DNA of 64,000 nt, from contig CACMIP010000005.1 in assembly GCA_902613795.1 (NCBI GenBank), positions 74,129 to 138,128 of the forward strand. Direction: 5' to 3'. Source of the DNA: an uncultured OCS116 cluster bacterium (GTDB lineage Bacteria; Pseudomonadota; Alphaproteobacteria; Rhizobiales; TMED25). This document shows, one piece after another, positions 58,001-64,000 of the stretch (within the stretch, counting starts at the first letter, position 1; each line of letters opens with the position of its first letter). A program made the position numbers and the translations under genes. The notes below the pieces were generated by a model that worked only from the letters and a program-made list of their open reading frames with translations, made no database searches and had not been told where the DNA came from.

Positions 58001-60361
58001 TTAATTTATAATTTCCCACATTTTCTCTGATGTTACGGGCATATTTAAATTTTTTCCATCCACATCATTTGACTCTAGGGCATTTACAATAGCGTTCATA
58101 ATAGTCGGTAATGCACCGGATATTCCGGCTTCACCGCAACCTTTAATCCCAAGAGGGTTTGTTTCGCATGGAACGGGATGAGACTTAAAAACAAATTCTT
58201 TTGGAATGTCTGCGGCTTTTGGCATTGTATAATCCATATAGGATCCAGATAATAGTTGGCCATAATCGTCATAGCACAGGTTTTCCATCATAATTTGCCC
58301 TTGTGCTTGTATTATTCCGCCCAGCACCTGACCTTCTACTAACAGCGGATTTATGAGATTACCGAAATCATTAACGGCTGTGTGTTTTATCAGTTTGACG
58401 ACACCAGTCTTTGGATTAATTTCAACTTCAGATATATGGCAACCGTTAGGGAATGAGCAAGGTGGCGTATCCTCCGCCAGCTCACCATCAAGGCCTTGAG
58501 GAAGCGATCCTGGCAGTTTCTGATCTTTTATAAGTTGTTTAATCTCTTTACTGAGCTCAAGAATATTTATTTTATGATTAGTATTTGGTATCTCAAAATT
58601 ACCATTATTAAATTCAACACTTTCAAAATCCTCATCGAATAGGTATGCTGCTAATTTTTTTCCATTGGAAATTACAATATTAGATGCTTTTAATAGAAGT
58701 GTACCGCCACTGATTGCCGTCCTCGATCCACCTGTTCCGGTGCCTGCAATTAATTCTTTACTATCACCTTGAAGTAATTTGAAGTTCTCCATTGGGATAC
58801 CTAATTTATCTGACATTATTTGAGCAAAGGATGTTAAGTGTCCTTGACCATAATCTAGATTGCCGCTTACAAGGGTAACTTCACCGTTATCTTCGAATCT
58901 TATTCTCCCCATTTCTTTTCCAGGAGGTGCAGTTACTTCTAAATAATAAGTGAGGGCACGACCTCGATACAACCCATTCTTTTTTGATTCCTCCTGCCTT
59001 TGACTAAAGTTTGCCCAATCAGCTGTTTCGAGCGCATCTTGCAGTACGCTGTGGAAGTCACCGCTGTCATAATTCAAACCAGCAGCTGATTGATATGGGA
59101 ATTGATCTTTCTTTATGAGATTGATCTTTCTGAGTTCTACCGGATCAATCATCATCTCAATCGCGGCTTTTTCAAGGAGCCTTTCCATAATATATACGCC
59201 TTCAGGTCGTCCAGCGCCACGATAAGCGCCTATTGGGGTTGTATTTGTATAGACTGCTTTTGAATTTACATACATTTTTGGTAAATCGTATGCACCACAA
59301 AAATTATTTTTTATATTCATTGATTGCGCCATAGGCCCCATAAGACCCATAAAAGCACCAGAGTTCGCAACAACTTGGATTTTAGCCGCTACCATCTTTT
59401 TGTTATCATCAAACGCTATTGTTGCATCAATCCATGAGTCTCTTCCATGAGTGTCTGAGAGAAATGAGTCGGTTCGAGTATCTTTCCATTTTATTGTTTT
59501 TCCAGTCTTCTTTGCCGCAACCAAGGATGCAATATATTCTGGGTATGGGCTTGACTTCATCCCAAATGAGCCGCCGACACTTGGCGTATGACAATGCATT
59601 TGATCTCTATCAACATTAAAGATATTGGCTAGGATATTTGAAAAACCGAACAAACCTTGAGATGGTGAATGTAAATCATAGCTATTTGTCTCACTATCGA
59701 AACTCGCCATACATGCTCTTGGTTCCATGGCTGATATAATTAATCTACTGTTTCTCAGTTCAATGGATGTTTTATATTTTGCTCTTTCGATCAATTTGTC
59801 TACTTCGCTCTCATCTCCATATTCCCAATCAAGAGCAATATTATCATTTAGTGTTGGATGAATAGAGGAGGTGTCAACTGCCATTGCGTCACGTGGATCA
59901 ACAATCACGTCATACTCTTCAATTTCAAGTGATATTAATTCAGCTGCATCTTTTGCATTATTGAGTGTGTCAGCAATTACGAATGCAACAGGTTGTCCCA
60001 CATAATATACTTTATCTTTTGCAAGGGAAACGAGAGGTGGTACTTTTATTCCATTTCCATCTTTACCTTTGAGCTTGTCCGCCGTTAAGCAGGGTATCGA
60101 ACCAATTTTTTCTTGGTCCATATCTTTGTATGTTAGAATATCAATTACACCTGGTTGTGATTTGGCTTCGTCTACATTAATATCTATAATTTTTCCGTGT
60201 GCGTAGGGTGATCTAAAAACAAATGCTTCTAGTGTTTGACTTTCACTTTTTATGTCATCAGTATAAGTCCCTTCACCACGAAGTAATTCAGGATCTTCAA
60301 ACCTTGATACTGATTGCCCAACTGAGAATTTTGTAAAAGTTAAATCATTAAAATCATCCAT
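58001..60361 (-). CDS. Xanthine dehydrogenase-family molybdopterin-binding large subunit, form-II CoxL-like
   Basis: 786 aa with an a/b-hammerhead N-terminus (VGQSVSRFEDPELLRGEGTYTDD) and the active-site loop GAYRGAGRPEG (AYRGAGR signature). GGAG SD lies 7 nt upstream. It starts 14 nt after the GMC gene stop. Confidence 0.88.
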   Translation of the reverse strand: MDDFNDLTFTKFSVGQSVSRFEDPELLRGEGTYTDDIKSESQTLEAFVFRSPYAHGKIIDINVDEAKSQPGVIDILTYKDMDQEKIGSIPCLTADKLKGKDGNGIKVPPLVSLAKDKVYYVGQPVAFVIADTLNNAKDAAELISLEIEEYDVIVDPRDAMAVDTSSIHPTLNDNIALDWEYGDESEVDKLIERAKYKTSIELRNSRLIISAMEPRACMASFDSETNSYDLHSPSQGLFGFSNILANIFNVDRDQMHCHTPSVGGSFGMKSSPYPEYIASLVAAKKTGKTIKWKDTRTDSFLSDTHGRDSWIDATIAFDDNKKMVAAKIQVVANSGAFMGLMGPMAQSMNIKNNFCGAYDLPKMYVNSKAVYTNTTPIGAYRGAGRPEGVYIMERLLEKAAIEMMIDPVELRKINLIKKDQFPYQSAAGLNYDSGDFHSVLQDALETADWANFSQRQEESKKNGLYRGRALTYYLEVTAPPGKEMGRIRFEDNGEVTLVSGNLDYGQGHLTSFAQIMSDKLGIPMENFKLLQGDSKELIAGTGTGGSRTAISGGTLLLKASNIVISNGKKLAAYLFDEDFESVEFNNGNFEIPNTNHKINILELSKEIKQLIKDQKLPGSLPQGLDGELAEDTPPCSFPNGCHISEVEINPKTGVVKLIKHTAVNDFGNLINPLLVEGQVLGGIIQAQGQIMMENLCYDDYGQLLSGSYMDYTMPKAADIPKEFVFKSHPVPCETNPLGIKGCGEAGISGALPTIMNAIVNALESNDVDGKNLNMPVTSEKMWEIIN

Positions 60362-60375
60362 TATTTTTCTCCTTT

Positions 60376-61971
60376 TTAACCACTTATCATGTCAGCAGCT
60401 TTTTCTGCTATCATTATAGTGGGTGCGTTTGTATTTCCAGATACTAAGTTTGGCATAATTGATGCATCAATAACTCTGAGAGATTCAATTCCATGTACAC
60501 GAAGCTCATCGTCCACCACTGCCATTTCGTCACTACCCATTTTACATGTACCCACTGGATGATAGCTAGTTCTGCAATATTGCTTAATATAATTTAATAA
60601 TTCTTCATCGGTATTTAAAGTACCACCTGGGTACTTTTCCTCAACAACATATTCTGCTAATTTTTTATTTTTAAAAATGCCTCTTATAATCTTAATTGAT
60701 TCTAGAAGTTTTAATCTATCTCTCTCAACACTGAGGTAATTTGGTGCAATTTCAGGAGGCTTTGTTGGATCGTTTGATGTAATTTTTACATAGCCTCTAC
60801 TTTCAGGTCTTAGCAATGTACATACAACTGTCACACCTGGATACTTATGAGGGGCGCCTCCAGGATCTGTTGACGAAAACATTAACACAAGACTCTGTAT
60901 ATCTGGTGTTTCTAATGAGTTATCAGTTTTAAAAAATCCCCCAGCGTAAGCCACACCCATATGCAGAAGCCCTTTTCGATTAAATATATAGTCTAAACCT
61001 GCCGCAACTCTTACTGACGTTTTATGAAAGACATCATTCGCAGTGAATGGACGATTTAATTGATACATAATTGGCGCGTTAATATGGTCCTGTAAGTTCT
61101 CTCCGACACCTTTGAGCTCATGGACTACCGGAATATTGTGTTTGTTTAATAGTTCAGGGTTACCGACTCCAGATAATTGTAAAAGTTGAGGTGAGTTAAA
61201 AGCACCCAATGAGAGCAGTACTTCACTTTTTGCATTTACTGTGTATTCCTTGCCTTTTTTTGAGTAGGCTATTCCTACAGCTTTTTTTCCATCAAAAATT
61301 ATTCTTGATGCAAGAGCATCTGTAATAATGGTCAGATTTTGTCTTCTTTTTGATTTTTCCAGGTAAGCTCTTGCGGTGCTCCACCTTCGGCCTTTAAATT
61401 GTGTCCATTGAAATGGACCAAATCCTTCTTGAGTTTCGCCATTAAAATCATTATTTCTTGGAAATCCTTCGTCAACAGCAGCATCTACATATGCATCTGC
61501 GAATGGATGAACGTCCCTGTGATCAGATACATGGAGCTCACCCTTCACGCCGTGATATGAGTCCTCTCCTCTTTCTTGTATTTCTGCTTTTTTAAAGTAG
61601 GGAAGGATGTCATCATAAGACCAGCCCATGTTGCCGAGTTGCCGCCACACATCATAGTCTTGTTTTTGCCCTCTTATATATATCATGCCATTAATAGAAC
61701 TTGATCCACCTAGCACCTTTCCTCTTGGAGCAACAATACTTCTTTGCACCCAACCATCATCACTCTTAGTTTGATACATCCAATTGAGCTTTTTGTTCTT
61801 AAACAATTTAGCATACCCTATCGGTACATGTATCCACGGGTTCCGATCTGGTGGGCCCGCCTCCAATAAACACACTGTATTTTTTGGATTTTCAGATAAT
61901 CTTGCAGCGAGCACACATCCGGCACTTCCTGCACCTACAATGATGTATGAAAAGCTTTGATTTTCTGACAT
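60376..61971 (-). CDS. GMC-family FAD oxidoreductase (choline/alcohol dehydrogenase-like)
   Basis: 531 aa with the N-terminal Rossmann motif YIIVGAGSAGCVLAARLSE, GGSSSINGMIY, and the C-terminal catalytic region SYHPVGTCKMG. Confidence 0.9.
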   Translation of the reverse strand: MSENQSFSYIIVGAGSAGCVLAARLSENPKNTVCLLEAGPPDRNPWIHVPIGYAKLFKNKKLNWMYQTKSDDGWVQRSIVAPRGKVLGGSSSINGMIYIRGQKQDYDVWRQLGNMGWSYDDILPYFKKAEIQERGEDSYHGVKGELHVSDHRDVHPFADAYVDAAVDEGFPRNNDFNGETQEGFGPFQWTQFKGRRWSTARAYLEKSKRRQNLTIITDALASRIIFDGKKAVGIAYSKKGKEYTVNAKSEVLLSLGAFNSPQLLQLSGVGNPELLNKHNIPVVHELKGVGENLQDHINAPIMYQLNRPFTANDVFHKTSVRVAAGLDYIFNRKGLLHMGVAYAGGFFKTDNSLETPDIQSLVLMFSSTDPGGAPHKYPGVTVVCTLLRPESRGYVKITSNDPTKPPEIAPNYLSVERDRLKLLESIKIIRGIFKNKKLAEYVVEEKYPGGTLNTDEELLNYIKQYCRTSYHPVGTCKMGSDEMAVVDDELRVHGIESLRVIDASIMPNLVSGNTNAPTIMIAEKAADMISG

Positions 61972-62078
61972 AAATATTTCCTAAAATTATTTTTATTCAA
62001 TTAAAAAAATATATTATATTTTTTAAAAAAATGTAATAGTAATTATTTAAAATGATAATATTTGAATAGGTTTTAAAA

Positions 62079-62672
62079 ATGCCAATAAATAAACCCGCAG
62101 ACGCAAAATATGAAATAAATACATTAATCAAAAATAGATGGAGCCCCCGTGCTTTTGAAAATAAGAACGTTGATAATGAAATTTTAAATTCATTATTCGA
62201 AGCTGCAAGATGGGCGGCGTCCTGCAATAATTCACAACCATGGAGATTTATTATTGCTAAAAAAGAGAACCCAGAAGAATATGCAAAGGCGCTTTCATGC
62301 TTTAATGAAAATAATCAAAAATGGGCATCAACTGCTCCTGTTATTGGTTTTGTTGGTGCTTATCAATTAATGTTGGGCGATAAAAAAAGTCGAACATATT
62401 TTTATGATACAGGTATGGCAATGTCACAATTTACGCTTCAAGCGCTGGAGCATAATTTATACATACATCAGGCTGGGGGGGTTCTGTTGGATGAAATAAA
62501 GACACAATATGAGGTGCCCGACGACGTTGATATTATCTGTGGTTTTGCACTTGGATATCAGGGCGAGGCAGATATCTTACCGGAACCATATAATGAACGA
62601 GAATTACAAGAACGAGTTCGAAACCCAATTGAAGATTTTGTCTTCACAAATTCTTTCAACAAAGATAAATAA
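62079..62672 (+). CDS. Nitroreductase-family flavoprotein
   Basis: 197 aa with the motifs RWSPRAF and AARWAASCNNSQPWRF. Confidence 0.8.
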   Translation: MPINKPADAKYEINTLIKNRWSPRAFENKNVDNEILNSLFEAARWAASCNNSQPWRFIIAKKENPEEYAKALSCFNENNQKWASTAPVIGFVGAYQLMLGDKKSRTYFYDTGMAMSQFTLQALEHNLYIHQAGGVLLDEIKTQYEVPDDVDIICGFALGYQGEADILPEPYNERELQERVRNPIEDFVFTNSFNKDK

Positions 62673-62690
62673 CACGAAGAAGGTAACGAA

Positions 62691-63764
62691 ATGAAATCAA
62701 ACAAACAAGAGACAGGCGTTGCAGTAATTGGTGCTGGTGGCATTGGTAACCTGAGAGCGCATTCCTGTAAGCAAATAACCCAAGTAGACTACTTAGCGGT
62801 TTGTGATATCAAAGATGATAAATTAGAGAGTGTTGCCGAGTCTGTCAAAGCGGATATTGCAACAAATAACTATTCTGATGCGATAGAGGATAGTCGAGTT
62901 GGCGCAGTTATCATTTCTACAGACGAAGAGAATCATTATGAAGCAACAATGAAAGCTGTTGAGCTTGGAAAGTCTGTATTGATAGAAAAACCTTTCGTTT
63001 TGGATTTAAATGAGGCTGATAACATACTGGCAAAAGCAAGAGAAACGGGTGCGGAAGTCTTCGTTGGATATACGCAAAGATTTAGAAGAAAGTTTCTCCT
63101 TGCTAAGGAAGCCGTAAGAAAGGGTCAGTTGGGAGATATAGTATTCTCCATGGGAAAGATTTATGTAACACGAGCCGTTGGCGAGGCCGTTGCTGGACGG
63201 TCACCAAATACGACGCCATCAATTAATACTGGCACCTATCTAGTTGATTTAATGTTGTGGTATAACGAGGGTAAAAAACCAGTAGAAGTATATGCTAAAT
63301 CGGCTAGCAATGTATTTAAAAGTTATAACAGAGATGATTTTCAATGGATGCTTGTCACATATGATGATGGATCTGTATCATCGCTTGGTACTAGCTGGCT
63401 ACAACCTAGACACTGGCCCGCCTACACAGCTACAATGGAAATTGACCTTCAAGGGACAAATGGCTCACTAAATATCGATGATGCCCATAGGGACGTTGTT
63501 CTTGTCCCGGGAGATCCAATTCCTTGCCCTTACACCCCTCAACATAATGTTGATGTCGCATTTCTTGGATCCGCAATGCCAGGTGATTTTGTAATGGGTG
63601 AATTCTTTGGCCCAATGAAGGAGGAGACAGACGCCTTCATAAGGCACACTTTGGGTATGGGTGGTGTTGGTCTCACAACCGGTGAGGAAGCTAGGGTTGT
63701 TTTAGCTTTGACAATGGCGGCTGACAGATCAGCAAAAGAAGGGGTTCCAATAAAACTAGAGTAA
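62691..63764 (+). CDS. Gfo/Idh/MocA-family NAD(P)-dependent oxidoreductase
   Basis: 357 aa with the N-terminal Rossmann motif VAVIGAGGIGNLRAHS and the EKPF motif (VLIEKPFVL). Confidence 0.85.
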   Translation: MKSNKQETGVAVIGAGGIGNLRAHSCKQITQVDYLAVCDIKDDKLESVAESVKADIATNNYSDAIEDSRVGAVIISTDEENHYEATMKAVELGKSVLIEKPFVLDLNEADNILAKARETGAEVFVGYTQRFRRKFLLAKEAVRKGQLGDIVFSMGKIYVTRAVGEAVAGRSPNTTPSINTGTYLVDLMLWYNEGKKPVEVYAKSASNVFKSYNRDDFQWMLVTYDDGSVSSLGTSWLQPRHWPAYTATMEIDLQGTNGSLNIDDAHRDVVLVPGDPIPCPYTPQHNVDVAFLGSAMPGDFVMGEFFGPMKEETDAFIRHTLGMGGVGLTTGEEARVVLALTMAADRSAKEGVPIKLE

Positions 63765-63769
63765 TTTAT

Positions 63770-64000
63770 ATGACTGAGTTAAACGTTGATCCAAATACGC
63801 TATCGAGGCAGGATCGGTATAAATTAATGTGCGCCTTAGTAATTCCAAGGCCTATCGCACTAGTAACAACAATATCAAAAGATGGAGTAGTTAACGCAGC
63901 ACCTTTCTCTTTTTTTAACGTTTTCTCGGATAAACCTTCAATAGTCGCGCTTGGCGTAAACTCACGTCCTGACGGAGGAATGAAGGATACATCAGCAAAC
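63770..64000 (+). CDS. Flavin reductase-like (FMN-binding split-barrel) protein, N-terminal fragment
   Basis: ATG at 63770, 5 nt after the upstream stop. The 77 codons MTELNVDPNTLSRQDRYKLMCALVIPRPIALVTTISKDGVVNAAPFSFFN... match the flavin reductase domain pattern. It runs off the window. Confidence 0.72.
   Translation, partial: MTELNVDPNTLSRQDRYKLMCALVIPRPIALVTTISKDGVVNAAPFSFFNVFSDKPSIVALGVNSRPDGGMKDTSAN

Noticed and set aside
61997-62227. 76-aa minus-strand ORF spanning the GMC/nitroreductase divergent spacer
   Set aside because: It overlaps the well-supported nitroreductase N-terminus and the AT-only promoter region. Its sequence is low-complexity.
1-64000. CRISPR arrays, IS elements, prophage genes, toxin-antitoxin pairs, restriction-modification or other defence systems, and CtrA-type TTAA-N7-TTAA sites
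   Set aside because: I saw no repeat-spacer periodicity, no transposase, integrase or nuclease-like ORFs, and no small paired ORFs. TTAA-N7-TTAA-like strings are expected by chance at this AT content and were not scored.

Overview
This is a compact, visibly AT-rich chromosomal window with the gene content and synteny of a streamlined free-living alphaproteobacterium, possibly SAR11-like; taxonomy is inferred and GC content was not computed. About 85% of the window is core housekeeping. On the + strand a long run reads dnaE, rpsB-tsf-pyrH-frr-uppS-cdsA-dxr-rseP-bamA-lpxD-fabZ-lpxA-lpxI-lpxB. On the - strand the run is gltA, gltX, lexA, moeA-moaC-trpC-trpD-trpG-trpE-ppiD. These are followed by tpiA, secG, pyrG, serS, surE, an NlpD-like lipoprotein, a DUF815 ATPase, yajC-secD-secF, trmFO, uvrA, ssb, gyrA, coaD, a cyclophilin, queA, tgt and tRNA-Lys(UUU). 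After the tRNA the content becomes accessory or metabolic. It holds a tightly packed VOC-DUF2141-DMT-DMT operon, then a minus-strand operon of a GMC flavoprotein, a form-II CoxL-like molybdenum hydroxylase large subunit and an untracked 51-codon membrane ORF. A divergent nitroreductase / Gfo-Idh-MocA / flavin reductase cluster follows. No CRISPR array, transposase, integrase, rRNA or prophage signal was seen. The observations most worth follow-up are these. (1) An alphaproteobacterial LexA-type GAAC-N7-GAAC operator lies in the unusually long metC-dnaE spacer. It matches the operator in the lexA promoter at 17 of 19 positions and sits just upstream of an untracked 34-codon hydrophobic ORF, a candidate SOS-induced membrane peptide. 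(2) The Walker-A N-terminus of uvrA lies upstream of any in-frame ATG/GTG/TTG, and the nearest ATG is one base out of frame across an A4 run. (3) The molybdenum hydroxylase large subunit has no Fe-S or FAD subunit genes nearby and is translationally coupled to the GMC oxidoreductase. (4) The VOC-DUF2141-tandem DMT operon is uncharacterised. All functional calls rest on motif recognition by eye; no database search was run.
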